This document shows, piece after piece, positions 6,718 to 15,752 of a stretch of DNA of 44,656 bases; within the stretch, counting starts at the first letter, position 1, and each line of letters starts with the position of its first letter. The DNA is from Escherichia phage vB_EcoM_SHAK7163. Below the pieces are notes generated by a model that saw nothing but the letters and a program-made list of their open reading frames with translations, was not told the DNA's origin and made no database searches. The translations under genes and the position numbers were made by a program. The DNA is taken from sequence record OR594179. The stretch is one strand, 5' to 3'.

Positions 6718-8706
6718 ATGGCTATTATTCAGAATGTACCGTGTCCTGCCTGTCAAAAGAATGGACATGATATTACTGGCAACCATCTCATGATATTTGA
6801 TGATGGTGCTGGCTACTGTAATCGTGGACACTTTCATGATAATGGTAGACCTTACTATCACAAGCCGGAAGGTGGCATCGAGATAACCGAGTTACCTATT
6901 ACTGGCAATATCAAATATACACCTTCTCAATTCAAAGAAATGGAGAAGGAAGGGAAGATAAGCGACCCTAAATTACGTGCCATCGCACTTGGTGGTATGC
7001 GTATGAAAGACCGTTGGGAGGTCATGAATGAACAAGAAAGGGCAGAGCAAGAAGCAGAGTGGAAACTTGATGTTGAATGGTTCCTCACGCTTAAGCGTAA
7101 GAACCTTGTTTCCCGACACATTCGCGGCGACATTTGCGCATTGTATGATGTACGTGTCGGACACGATGAAGAGGGTAGAGTCTCGCGGCATTACTATCCA
7201 CGCTTCGAGAAAGGCGAGCTAGTAGGTGCTAAGTGTCGCACATTACCTAAAGACTTTAAGTTTGGTCATTTAGGTAAACTCTTTGGTATGCAAGATCTTT
7301 TCGGGATGAATACTTTGTCTCACGTGTTAGACAAGGGAAGACGAAAGGATTGCTTGCTTATTGTGGGTGGGGAACTGGATGCGCTAGCAGCGCAGCAGAT
7401 GCTCCTTGATTCTGCCAAGGGTACTAAGTGGGAAGGTCAACCTTACCATGTATGGTCTGTTAACAAAGGGGAGTCTTGCCTTGAAGAGATTGTGCAGAAC
7501 CGTGAACACATCGCCCAATTCAAGAAGATTATTTGGGGCTTCGATGGGGATGAGGTAGGGCAGAAGCAGAACCAGCAAGCGGCTCGCCTGTTTCCTGGCA
7601 AATCCTATATCCTTGAGTACCCTTCTGGTTGCAAAGATGCCAACAAGGCATTGATGGCTGGCAAGGCTAAAGAGTTTGTTGATGCATGGTTTAATGCCAA
7701 GTCATCTGATGAAGTCTTTGGTAGCCAGATTAAATCTATCGCATCTCAAAGGGATAAGCTCAAGGCTGCACGTCCAGAGCAAGGACTATCATGGCCTTGG
7801 CCTAAGCTGAACAAGGTAACGCTAGGTATTCGTAAGAACCAGCTTATCATTGTAGGTGCAGGGTCTGGTGTAGGTAAGACTGAGTTCCTTCGTGAAGTAG
7901 TTAAGCACCTCATTGAAGAACACGGTGAATCTGTGGGCATCATTTCTACAGAAGACCCGATGGTCAAGGTGTCCCGTGCTTTTATCGGCAAGTGGATTGA
8001 TAAGCGTATTGAGTTACCTCCAACCAACGACCCGAAAGAAGATGGATACCGCGAGGTGTTCGACTATACCGAGGAAGAAGCTAACGCCGCCATTGATTAT
8101 GTAGCTGATACAGGTAAGCTGTTTGTAGCTGACCTAGAGGGTGACTATTCGATGGAAAAGGTAGAGCAAACTTGCCTAGAGTTTGAGGCTATGGGTATTT
8201 CTAATATCATCATTGATAACTTAACGGGGATTAAATTAGATGAGCGTGCTTTTGGTGGGAAGGTTGGTGCACTTGATGAATGCGTCAAGCGGATTGGTAC
8301 TATCAAAGACCGACACCCGGTTACTATATTCCTTGTATCACACCTTACACGTCCCCCGGCAAACCGTACCCAACACGAAGAAGGTGGCGAAGTTATCCTT
8401 TCTGACTTCCGAGGCTCAGGCGCTATCGGATTCTGGGCATCTTACGCCTTGGGGATTGAGCGTAATACAAGAGCTGAAACGCTTGATGAAAGGACTACCA
8501 CGTACATCTCGTGTGTCAAAGACCGCGATCAAGGTATCTACACTGGAACCAAGGTCATGCTTAAAGGTGACATTCAGACCGGACGTTTGATGGAACCACA
8601 AGCCCGTACTAAGTCATTTGATACAGGTGAAGCAAGGCAGCAAGAGGTGCCTGATTTACCGGACACTATAGAAGAGACAAACTTTGAAGATGAACAGGAG
8701 TTTTAA
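6718..8706 (+). CDS. DNA primase/helicase
   Basis: 662 aa; N-terminal zinc-binding CPACQ...CNRGH, helicase Walker A GAGSGVGKTEF, acidic C-terminus ending EDEQEF. Confidence 0.9.
   Translation: MAIIQNVPCPACQKNGHDITGNHLMIFDDGAGYCNRGHFHDNGRPYYHKPEGGIEITELPITGNIKYTPSQFKEMEKEGKISDPKLRAIALGGMRMKDRWEVMNEQERAEQEAEWKLDVEWFLTLKRKNLVSRHIRGDICALYDVRVGHDEEGRVSRHYYPRFEKGELVGAKCRTLPKDFKFGHLGKLFGMQDLFGMNTLSHVLDKGRRKDCLLIVGGELDALAAQQMLLDSAKGTKWEGQPYHVWSVNKGESCLEEIVQNREHIAQFKKIIWGFDGDEVGQKQNQQAARLFPGKSYILEYPSGCKDANKALMAGKAKEFVDAWFNAKSSDEVFGSQIKSIASQRDKLKAARPEQGLSWPWPKLNKVTLGIRKNQLIIVGAGSGVGKTEFLREVVKHLIEEHGESVGIISTEDPMVKVSRAFIGKWIDKRIELPPTNDPKEDGYREVFDYTEEEANAAIDYVADTGKLFVADLEGDYSMEKVEQTCLEFEAMGISNIIIDNLTGIKLDERAFGGKVGALDECVKRIGTIKDRHPVTIFLVSHLTRPPANRTQHEEGGEVILSDFRGSGAIGFWASYALGIERNTRAETLDERTTTYISCVKDRDQGIYTGTKVMLKGDIQTGRLMEPQARTKSFDTGEARQQEVPDLPDTIEETNFEDEQEF
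8654..8676 (+). promoter_or_regulatory. phage RNAP promoter embedded in 3' end of primase/helicase gene
   Basis: ATTTACCGGACACTATAGAAGAG inside coding sequence (encodes ...LPDTIEE...). Confidence 0.65.
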
Positions 8707-8867
8707 TGGAAATTATTAAACCAGTATTGAATATCGGTATTGAGATCCTATTCATGCTTGTGGTCGCAGATTATGCTGCACGATATGGATTCAAGAAAGC
8801 TGTGAAACTTATCGTTGCATCTGGTTTTATTATGTCAATGTTCTTTATTGTAACACGCCTTATCTAG
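8706..8867 (+). CDS. small membrane protein (53 aa)
   Basis: ATG overlapping helicase stop (TAATG); hydrophobic MEIIKPVLNIGIEILFMLVV...; below ORF-track cutoff. Confidence 0.35.
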   Translation: MEIIKPVLNIGIEILFMLVVADYAARYGFKKAVKLIVASGFIMSMFFIVTRLI

Positions 8868-8884
8868 TGTATTTATCAGGGCTT

Positions 8885-8900
8885 GTCTCACATGTGAGAC
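8885..8900. repeat. 16-bp perfect palindrome GTCTCACATGTGAGAC (copy 3, extended stem)
   Basis: Flanks extend complementarity (CTTGTCTCACATGTGAGACAGG), followed by CTCTTATT. Confidence 0.9.
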
Positions 8901-8939
8901 AGGCTCTTATTAAGTACATTAAATAACTGGAGATTGATT

Positions 8940-9662
8940 ATGTATAAATTAGTGTTGAATGTAGGTGACTTTGTACGAAACATCAAGAAAGATTCAAGTC
9001 GCTATCTTTGCCGTGGTGTTGTAACCTTTGTAGGTGAGAACCTGTATTATGTAGAATATCACAGTGGTGTTAAGCAATATTACCACAAAAAGACAGCACA
9101 TAAATATCTTGAAAAGATTGTAGAGGTAAACAATCAATGTAAGTGCATATATGATGAGGTTTGCGATAAGTGCAAACGTCAGGCAATTAAAGCCTTTACC
9201 TTTGCTCAACGCTATGGTTCTATGTATGGTGCTGGTCACAAGACCGTTGCAGAAGCAGCTTGGAAGACATTGCAGTTTGAGAGTTCAAATGGACGACGCA
9301 CCACACTCAAGAAAGAGCGTCGCAATGTAATCACCGGTAAGACTCAAAGTGAGATGATTAAGCAATGTGGCACTGCATTAGGTGTTACACAGTTTAATAC
9401 TCGTGCATTGGGTAAATCCACAGGACAAGCTATGGTAAAGATTGGAGAAGCCATGATGCATCCAAATGTACCTGTGCGAATCATGGATGTTGACCATGCA
9501 ATCACAGAACAAGGTACGCAACGACGTGTAATTAATAAGCATTTTGCCGACACTATAGAAGGCATTATTCGTAAGCAAGGGTTGAAAGGTCTTCACATCT
9601 TAAATGGTGAAGAATTACTGTACCTACCTATCGTTACTGAAGAAACATACGTGAATATCTAA
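8940..9662 (+). CDS. hypothetical protein (240 aa)
   Basis: First ATG after GGAG SD (track uses TTG at 8934); no recognisable motifs. Confidence 0.55.
   Translation: MYKLVLNVGDFVRNIKKDSSRYLCRGVVTFVGENLYYVEYHSGVKQYYHKKTAHKYLEKIVEVNNQCKCIYDEVCDKCKRQAIKAFTFAQRYGSMYGAGHKTVAEAAWKTLQFESSNGRRTTLKKERRNVITGKTQSEMIKQCGTALGVTQFNTRALGKSTGQAMVKIGEAMMHPNVPVRIMDVDHAITEQGTQRRVINKHFADTIEGIIRKQGLKGLHILNGEELLYLPIVTEETYVNI
9541..9563 (+). promoter_or_regulatory. possible weak phage promoter inside coding sequence
   Basis: ATTTTGCCGACACTATAGAAGGC; core GACACTATAGAAG conserved, upstream part diverged. Confidence 0.3.
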
Positions 9663-9672
9663 GGAGTTAATC

Positions 9673-9891
9673 ATGACTAAGGTATTAATTTATATGCGTG
9701 GACCTCATAAATGCTATGCAGTTGTAGCACCAGATGGTGTTAAGCCCTATGGTACTTCAAAGGGGTTTGCATTAATAGGTGCTAGTAGTAGTGCAAGTTT
9801 TCAGATGGAACTTTTCGGTCATTTGACTGAAAAAGAGTTCCGTGAGGAGTTTAATGTAATCGGCAGCTTTATGGTGAAACATGCAGAATAA
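9673..9891 (+). CDS. hypothetical protein (72 aa)
   Basis: Strong SD AAGGAG 7 nt upstream. Confidence 0.5.
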   Translation: MTKVLIYMRGPHKCYAVVAPDGVKPYGTSKGFALIGASSSASFQMELFGHLTEKEFREEFNVIGSFMVKHAE

Positions 9892-10090
9892 ACATAGTCT
9901 TAAAATGTTCGATGGTCATGAAGACCTGCAAGCCAAGATTACTAACCAAGCCTTCCTGTTCGCACAGTTAACTATGGCTGAAGCAAAGAAGAATAGCCTG
10001 ACGCGTGAACAGGTTATCAAGGAGGCAACTTGGGAGCCACACCAAGGTAAGTATATGGGGCAGAAGGTAACTGTAACACGCAGTCGATAA
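9881..10090 (+). CDS. hypothetical protein (69 aa)
   Basis: ORF overlapping previous stop by 11 nt. Confidence 0.45.
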   Translation: MQNKHSLKMFDGHEDLQAKITNQAFLFAQLTMAEAKKNSLTREQVIKEATWEPHQGKYMGQKVTVTRSR

Positions 10091-10100
10091 GTCAAGGGTT

Positions 10101-10116
10101 GTCTCACACGTGAGAC
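10101..10116. repeat. 16-bp perfect palindrome GTCTCACACGTGAGAC (copy 4, CACGTG centre)
   Basis: Extended by GGTT/AGCC flanks; followed by TTTCATCAT. Confidence 0.9.
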
Positions 10117-10147
10117 AGCCTTTCATCATATTGATTGGAGGTGCATT

Positions 10148-10255
10148 ATGCCACGTGATTATGATTCTGATTGGGATTTCCAAGATTCAATGAATCCAAA
10201 ACCAGAACGTTCAGATGATTACTACGAAACAGAGGCAATGTATGAAGACTATTAA
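10148..10255 (+). CDS. hypothetical small acidic protein (35 aa)
   Basis: Strong SD GGAGGTG then ATG; below track cutoff. Confidence 0.3.
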   Translation: MPRDYDSDWDFQDSMNPKPERSDDYYETEAMYEDY

Positions 10256-10460
10256 ATTAAGCAAGGTTTGCTCTTGCGGTAAAGGTTATCGCAGTCGTAT
10301 TGATGGTAAGTGTGGGCATTGCAGGTCTAAGAAAGAGGCTGCTTTGTTTGATAAGTACCACAATGAATTAGCATATAACTATCCTCATCTAACACCTAAT
10401 TCTTTATTAGGACTTGGTTATAGGGTTAAATACTTTGGAGCAATCTATGAAATCAATTGA
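10242..10460 (+). CDS. hypothetical zinc-ribbon-like protein (72 aa)
   Basis: ATG after AGAGG; CSCG...CGHC cysteine pairs. Confidence 0.45.
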   Translation: MKTIKLSKVCSCGKGYRSRIDGKCGHCRSKKEAALFDKYHNELAYNYPHLTPNSLLGLGYRVKYFGAIYEIN

Positions 10461-12993
10461 TTGGAAGAAGGAGGCAGAAGGTCGTATCCTCGTGATGGAT
10501 GCGGAAGCTAAAGGACTCCTTGACGCTATCCGATATGGACACCGTGAAGATGTGCATATCATTTGCTGCATGGACTTGCTTACTACCGAGGAGTTTCTCT
10601 TCTTTGACCCGTATGAGATGCGTGACCCTGAAGCAAGAGAACGCCTGAAGGAATGGGAAGGTCATCAAGATGGTGACTTGGTTGATGGTGTTAACTTCCT
10701 GAAGCACTGTGAGGCTATTGTGTCGCAGAACTTCCTAGGGTATGACGGTCTTCTCTTTGAGAAAGCATTTCCTGATATATGGAAAGGCTTTAATTACACA
10801 GAGAAGCGTGGCAAGGGCAGGCTCCGTGCCGACCTGTGTCCTGTGCGAGTCATGGACACGCTGGTGATGAGCCGCCTGTTAAACCCTGATAGACGCCTCC
10901 CTCCGCAAGCATATGCCAAAGGCATGGGTAACGTCGCCCCTCACTCAATTGAGGCGCACGGCATCCGTATAGGCCGCTATAAGCCGGAGAATGAGGATTG
11001 GTCTAAACTAACTGATCACATGGTTCACCGTGTACGTGAGGACGTGGCGATTGGTCGTGACCTGTTCCTCTGGCTCTTTAACGGGGAATGGATGGAGCAC
11101 AAACGCCGTGGAGTGAACAAACGTACTGGCCTAGGGATTGAGACAGCCTTCCACATGGAGTCCATTGTGGCGCTGGAGATGAGCCGTCAGGCAGAGCGTG
11201 GATTCCGTCTGGATATCGACAAGGCGTTAGCACGATGCGAGGAATTGGACGCTAAGATTGATGAGACAGTCGCAGCGTTCCGTCCGCACATGCCTATGCG
11301 TATCAAGTCTAAACCTTTTAAACCGGAAGAAAAGAATGAAGTATGCCAACGCGCAAATGAGTATGGAGCTAGCAACAATATACCTACTGTCCTTGACCCC
11401 TCTCACTTTCTTCACGCAGAGAGACGAGGAGATCGCAAGACAGTATGGAGTGTCACTACTAAGTCTGGTGATTGGTCGGCTAGCGTCAAGAAAGACTTTC
11501 CTCACCTTAGAGGAAACCGTAATGACACGCCAAGTATCAAGTGGATTGGCGCTTACTCGCCTGTTACTTTCGAAGAGATTCCCTTGGGTAACAGGGATAC
11601 AGTTAAGCAAGTGCTCTATGATTATGGATGGAAGGGTGTTGAATTTAATGATACCGAGCAAGCGCATCTCGATGAGTATGGAGTGTTACCCAAGCCTTGG
11701 AGTGGGAAGATAAATGAAAAGTCCCTTACTTTATGGCAAGAGAGAGCCGCACGTGAAGGTAAAACAGTCCCTGATTGGTGCTTGGGTATCGCTGCATGGT
11801 ACATACTCGTATCCCGTCGTGGTCAGATCCTCAACCGTGGTGACGTTGAAGCCTTCGACCAGAAGGGGGTGTGGCCTTCGCAAGCTGGTATACGAAAGTG
11901 TCGCGGCCTTGTACCTGTAGCATTTAACAAGGAGTTAGGAATCAATGCGCAGCAATACTACGAAAGGTACGGATGCTGGCCTACGTCAGACAAGGATGAC
12001 GGAGAATGGCGTGTGCCAGCTATTGCTATTAGTATTGGAACTTCTACGTTCCGTATGCGTCATCGTAACGTGGTTAATATTCCTGCCCGTGGTTTGTATC
12101 CTTTACGTGATTTATTCATAGCCGGTAAAGGTAAGCTAATCCTTGGTTGTGATGGTGCTGGTCTTGAACTACGTGTACTGTCTCACTTCATGAATGACCC
12201 TGAATATCAAGATATTGTACTGCATGGTGACATTCACACCCATAATCAAATGAAGGCTGGTCTTCCTAAGCGTGACATGGCGAAGACATTTATATATGCC
12301 TTCCTATATGGGTCTGGTATAGCTAACCTTGCAGCAGTATGTGGTGTTACTGAGGAAGAAATGGAGGAAGTTGTGGCAAGATTTGAGGTTGAACTACCAT
12401 CTCTTGCACGCCTTCGTGAGAATGTTATCGCACAAGGTAACAAGTTTGGCTACCTACAAGCACCTGATGGTCATTGGGGTCGCATCCGTATGTCTGGTGG
12501 TGAACTTAAAGAGCACACTATGCTTAACGTACTACTCCAGATGACTGGTTCTCTGTGTATGAAATACGCATTGGTCAGAGCGTTTGCAGTGATGCGCAAG
12601 GAAGGTGTGGCCTTAGATAGTATGGGAAACCCTTGCGGTATAGCTAACGTGCACGATGAAATCCAGATGGAAGTCCCTGAAGATGAGGTCTTGTATCTCA
12701 ACTACGACTTGCCTTTCACCTTAGAAGGGTTCGAAACAGAGAAGGCTGCTGTGAAAGCAGTGTTCGATGCAGAGGAGAAACGTGTTCATGTGGATTCTGA
12801 AGGACGTATGTGGTCTGCTGCAAATCTCGTTAGCGTTGATGCTGATGCTGGTGTACTTCATTGCCAGCGTCGTTATCACCGTGCAGGGCATATCATTGCC
12901 GATGCAATGACTTGGGCTGGTCATTATTTGAAGATGCGTTGTCCGATGGCAGGTGAGTATAAGATTGGTGCAAGCTGGAAGGAAACACACTGA
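10447..12993 (+). CDS. DNA polymerase, family A, with 3'-5' exonuclease domain
   Basis: 849 aa from ATG with GGAG SD (track ORF begins at TTG 10414); exo motif ILVMDAEAKGL; pol motifs GCDGAGLELRVLSHF, KTFIYAFLYGSG, VHDEIQMEV. Confidence 0.93.
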   Translation: MKSIDWKKEAEGRILVMDAEAKGLLDAIRYGHREDVHIICCMDLLTTEEFLFFDPYEMRDPEARERLKEWEGHQDGDLVDGVNFLKHCEAIVSQNFLGYDGLLFEKAFPDIWKGFNYTEKRGKGRLRADLCPVRVMDTLVMSRLLNPDRRLPPQAYAKGMGNVAPHSIEAHGIRIGRYKPENEDWSKLTDHMVHRVREDVAIGRDLFLWLFNGEWMEHKRRGVNKRTGLGIETAFHMESIVALEMSRQAERGFRLDIDKALARCEELDAKIDETVAAFRPHMPMRIKSKPFKPEEKNEVCQRANEYGASNNIPTVLDPSHFLHAERRGDRKTVWSVTTKSGDWSASVKKDFPHLRGNRNDTPSIKWIGAYSPVTFEEIPLGNRDTVKQVLYDYGWKGVEFNDTEQAHLDEYGVLPKPWSGKINEKSLTLWQERAAREGKTVPDWCLGIAAWYILVSRRGQILNRGDVEAFDQKGVWPSQAGIRKCRGLVPVAFNKELGINAQQYYERYGCWPTSDKDDGEWRVPAIAISIGTSTFRMRHRNVVNIPARGLYPLRDLFIAGKGKLILGCDGAGLELRVLSHFMNDPEYQDIVLHGDIHTHNQMKAGLPKRDMAKTFIYAFLYGSGIANLAAVCGVTEEEMEEVVARFEVELPSLARLRENVIAQGNKFGYLQAPDGHWGRIRMSGGELKEHTMLNVLLQMTGSLCMKYALVRAFAVMRKEGVALDSMGNPCGIANVHDEIQMEVPEDEVLYLNYDLPFTLEGFETEKAAVKAVFDAEEKRVHVDSEGRMWSAANLVSVDADAGVLHCQRRYHRAGHIIADAMTWAGHYLKMRCPMAGEYKIGASWKETH

Positions 12994-13109
12994 TGGACAG
13001 GTTTGATGTTGTTTGCCTATTCTCTATCTTCTTTCTTATATTCCTTATGCTTGCTTGCTATGGAAGTATGCGATTAGATATACCTGATGAAGAGGAGGGT
13101 TACGATTGA
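12993..13109 (+). CDS. small hydrophobic protein (38 aa)
   Basis: ATG overlapping polymerase stop (TGATG); single predicted TM segment. Confidence 0.3.
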   Translation: MDRFDVVCLFSIFFLIFLMLACYGSMRLDIPDEEEGYD

Positions 13110-13207
13110 TGCAAACTGCTTTTATCATTCTTGGGATCATATTATTTATGGTAGTATTCTGGGCTTTCTCTGGCATTGACCCAGATTGTGATGGTAACTA
13201 CGACTGA
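13109..13207 (+). CDS. small hydrophobic protein (32 aa)
   Basis: SD GAGGAGGG upstream; TM-like FIILGIILFMVVFWAF. Confidence 0.3.
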   Translation: MQTAFIILGIILFMVVFWAFSGIDPDCDGNYD

Positions 13208-13275
13208 GTTATACTCAAGGTCACTTACGAGTGGCCTTTATGAATAACTTATTCCTACTTATTTTGTCTAACATG

Positions 13276-13298
13276 ATTTACTGGACACTATAGAAGGA
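13276..13298 (+). promoter_or_regulatory. phage RNAP promoter
   Basis: ATTTACTGGACACTATAGAAGGA. Confidence 0.75.
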
Positions 13299-13362
13299 AA
13301 GCCTAGGTAATCTAGGTTTATAAGGTAGTATAGGTAATTAAGTAAATATAGGAGATATAAAT

Positions 13363-13740
13363 ATGTCTATGGTAACTACTCTGGTATTCGTGGCTCAATA
13401 CTTTCGTGGTCTTGCTAATAAGTTCAAGTCCAAGGCTATCAAAGCTATTGAGGCTCGCATCGAAGCAGTACAGGCAGAGCAAGTTAAAGTTGAAGAACAT
13501 CGTAGTTCTCAAATGATTGACTGTCATAACCGCTACTATGCATCTCGTGATGAACTAAATGCACGTCAAGTCAAAGAGGTAGAAGATATGCTGGCACGTC
13601 ACCAGCAAGAGCGTGACAGCCTGAAAGCTGAATTTGAAGAGAACAAGGCATCAATTGCTCTTGTAAATCAAGCTGCATCTGACAGCCTGAAGAAAGAGAT
13701 TGTTATGCTGGAAATAGAACTGGACAACTTGACTAAATAA
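13363..13740 (+). CDS. hypothetical protein (125 aa), predicted coiled coil
   Basis: SD TAGGAG; heptad-like charged sequence. Confidence 0.55.
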   Translation: MSMVTTLVFVAQYFRGLANKFKSKAIKAIEARIEAVQAEQVKVEEHRSSQMIDCHNRYYASRDELNARQVKEVEDMLARHQQERDSLKAEFEENKASIALVNQAASDSLKKEIVMLEIELDNLTK

Positions 13741-13746
13741 GGGGTT

Positions 13747-14046
13747 ATGATGGAAGAAGTGATTCAAGCTAAACATGTAGGTATCATCTTTCGTGATCTA
13801 GAGCAGCGTAAAGTTGCAGGTCACACTCGTCTGGCTAAAGAAGACGATACAGCAATCACTACTGTGGAACAAGCAGATGCCTATCGTGGTCCAGAGTTTA
13901 CTCAAGGTGAAACTTGTCATCAATTGAGCCTTTCACTTTGTGACACTATGGCTAGTGTAAATGTACAAGAGGTTGAAGATGGTGAATGTGTTAGTTATGT
14001 CTACCCTCTCGATACTATTGCACGTATTAAGGTAGTTCATAAGTAA
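13747..14046 (+). CDS. hypothetical protein (99 aa)
   Basis: ORF with AAGGGG upstream. Confidence 0.5.
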   Translation: MMEEVIQAKHVGIIFRDLEQRKVAGHTRLAKEDDTAITTVEQADAYRGPEFTQGETCHQLSLSLCDTMASVNVQEVEDGECVSYVYPLDTIARIKVVHK

Positions 14047-14067
14047 TTACTGGACACTATAGAACAA
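14045..14067 (+). promoter_or_regulatory. phage RNAP promoter
   Basis: AATTACTGGACACTATAGAACAA. Confidence 0.65.
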
Positions 14068-14123
14068 TAGGTCGGCTTAGTTCGGCCTATGATTGTGTAG
14101 TGTAACAATAGGAGACTAAATAA

Positions 14124-14930
14124 ATGGCACGTGGTGATTTTGATTTTGGTGCTCAGGTTACTAAATCTGAAGGTAAAGTCTTTAAGAATCCAGAAGTAGG
14201 TGATCATGAAGCAGTAATCTCTGGCATCATTCATGTTGGTTCCTTCCAAGACATCTTTAAGAAAGGTAATACCACTGAAGTTAAGAAGCCAGCAAACTTT
14301 GTTCTGGTTAAGATTGTCCTGATGGGTGACGATGACAAGAACGAAGATGATTCTCGCATGGAACAATGGATGGCTGTGCCTCTGAAGTCTGGTGATAAGG
14401 CAACACTGACTAAGTTCCTGAATGCAGTTGACCCTAAAGAGTTGCTGGGTGGCTTTGATGATTTTATCGGTGAATGTCTGACTGCAACTATGGTTGGCTC
14501 TGGCGACAAGAATGATGATGGTACTTTCAAGTATGTTAACTGGAAAGGCTTTGGCGGTATGCCTGATAAGTTGAAGAAGCTTGTACTGGCTCAGGTAGAA
14601 GAGGAAGGTCTGTCTATGACAGGTCATATAACCTTCGACAAGCTGACCAAAGAAATCCTTGATGACATCCCAGCTAACTTGGTACGTCAATACTTCCTGA
14701 ACGAGACACCTCGTGGTAAGAACCTGTCTGTTGCTGGCTCTCACGTAGAAGCTATTATCAAAGCTGCTCGTGAAGAAGACCCTGAATGGAAGAAGGCTAA
14801 GAAGAAAGACGAGGAAGATGCTACCCCAGCTAATCGTAAATCTCTGGATACTGGTGAGTCTGTTCCACAGGAAGTACCTGAAGCAGAAGACACTCCTGCA
14901 CCGGAGATGGATGAGGACGCGGAATATTAA
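14124..14930 (+). CDS. putative ssDNA-binding protein (gp2.5-like by position and acidic C-tail)
   Basis: 268 aa; SD TAGGAG; C-terminal tail EDTPAPEMDEDAEY is acidic with a terminal aromatic residue as in T7 gp2.5; no direct sequence match recalled. Confidence 0.5.
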   Translation: MARGDFDFGAQVTKSEGKVFKNPEVGDHEAVISGIIHVGSFQDIFKKGNTTEVKKPANFVLVKIVLMGDDDKNEDDSRMEQWMAVPLKSGDKATLTKFLNAVDPKELLGGFDDFIGECLTATMVGSGDKNDDGTFKYVNWKGFGGMPDKLKKLVLAQVEEEGLSMTGHITFDKLTKEILDDIPANLVRQYFLNETPRGKNLSVAGSHVEAIIKAAREEDPEWKKAKKKDEEDATPANRKSLDTGESVPQEVPEAEDTPAPEMDEDAEY

Positions 14931-14939
14931 GGAGAACGG

Positions 14940-15158
14940 ATGAAAGTACAAATCGTAACTCTGCATTGCAAGAAAGGAATCACCACACTTGGCGGCAATA
15001 CTTTTCACTCCTTCTCTGAAGGGGAGACATACGCCGACCTTCACTATATCTGGCGTGACGGGCAGCACGTGGTGAACTACAGCGACCCTGCGACTGGTAA
15101 ACGCCACGGCGTGTCGCTTCCGGCGCATGACATTGCTCAGGTGAACACAGTTTTATAA
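14940..15158 (+). CDS. hypothetical protein (72 aa)
   Basis: SD AAGGAG. Confidence 0.5.
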   Translation: MKVQIVTLHCKKGITTLGGNTFHSFSEGETYADLHYIWRDGQHVVNYSDPATGKRHGVSLPAHDIAQVNTVL

Positions 15159-15159
15159 A

Positions 15160-15175
15160 GTCTCACGTGTGAGAC
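15160..15175. repeat. palindrome-family element GTCTCACGTGTGAGAC (copy 5, one mismatch)
   Basis: Single substitution relative to consensus; 15 bp upstream of promoter at 15191. Confidence 0.8.
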
Positions 15176-15190
15176 AAATCGGTGTCCGGT

Positions 15191-15213
15191 ATTTACTGGA
15201 CACTATAGAAGAG
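15191..15213 (+). promoter_or_regulatory. phage RNAP promoter
   Basis: ATTTACTGGACACTATAGAAGAG (exact consensus). Confidence 0.8.
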
Positions 15214-15263
15214 AAGAATTTTAATCGGCGATAATGCCATAACCAACAAAAGGAGAATTTAAT

Positions 15264-15635
15264 ATGTTCAAGATTGAAACTATCGTAAACCGTGTTGTTA
15301 AAGGTGCTACTCTGGTATCCGTTGAGTCTTTCATTATCGTCGATGAAGCTGATCAACTGGTAGCTGGTACTAAGGCTTACGATACCCGTGAAGAAGCTCA
15401 GGCTAAGATTGACAGCATGGGTAACTTCGCTGCTGGTCTGGAGTTCGCTCGTGCTTGCTTCCCTGAGCAGGCTGACAAAGCCCAGATCGGGAAGGCTAAC
15501 ATCGTAGCTGAATATCTGGATTGGATTGCTGCTGGTAAACCAGTGAAAGAAGTTAAAGCTGCTGAAGAAGCTGAATCTCCTGCAGTAGAAGTGTCTGCAC
15601 CGGAAGCTCCGGTTAGCGAAGAGGAAGAGTTTTGA
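15264..15635 (+). CDS. hypothetical acidic protein (123 aa) with C-terminal ...SEEEEF
   Basis: SD AAAGGAG; own promoter upstream and own terminator downstream. Confidence 0.65.
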   Translation: MFKIETIVNRVVKGATLVSVESFIIVDEADQLVAGTKAYDTREEAQAKIDSMGNFAAGLEFARACFPEQADKAQIGKANIVAEYLDWIAAGKPVKEVKAAEEAESPAVEVSAPEAPVSEEEEF

Positions 15636-15693
15636 TAATAGCAGGTGTAGCCTCTGTTAGTCCTAGTTGACTATCACGCTCACCTCATCTAAT

Positions 15694-15727
15694 GCCCTGT
15701 CTGCCTTAGTGTAGGCAGGGTCTTTTG
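15694..15727 (+). terminator. hairpin + U-run terminator
   Basis: GCCCTGTCTGCC-TTAGTG-TAGGCAGGGTC followed by TTTTG. Confidence 0.65.
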
Positions 15728-15752
15728 CGTAATAGTTATTGGAGAATGAATT

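Noticed and set aside
11258-11713. 151-aa + strand ORF in an alternative frame inside the DNA polymerase gene
   Set aside because: Embedded entirely within a conserved polymerase coding region; no SD; composition looks like frame-shifted noise.
14037-15128. 363-aa ORF on the minus strand
   Set aside because: Antisense to the SSB-like gene and its neighbours, which have SDs and phage promoters; product is low-complexity (F/L/S/C-rich) with no motifs. T7-like genomes are transcribed entirely in one direction.
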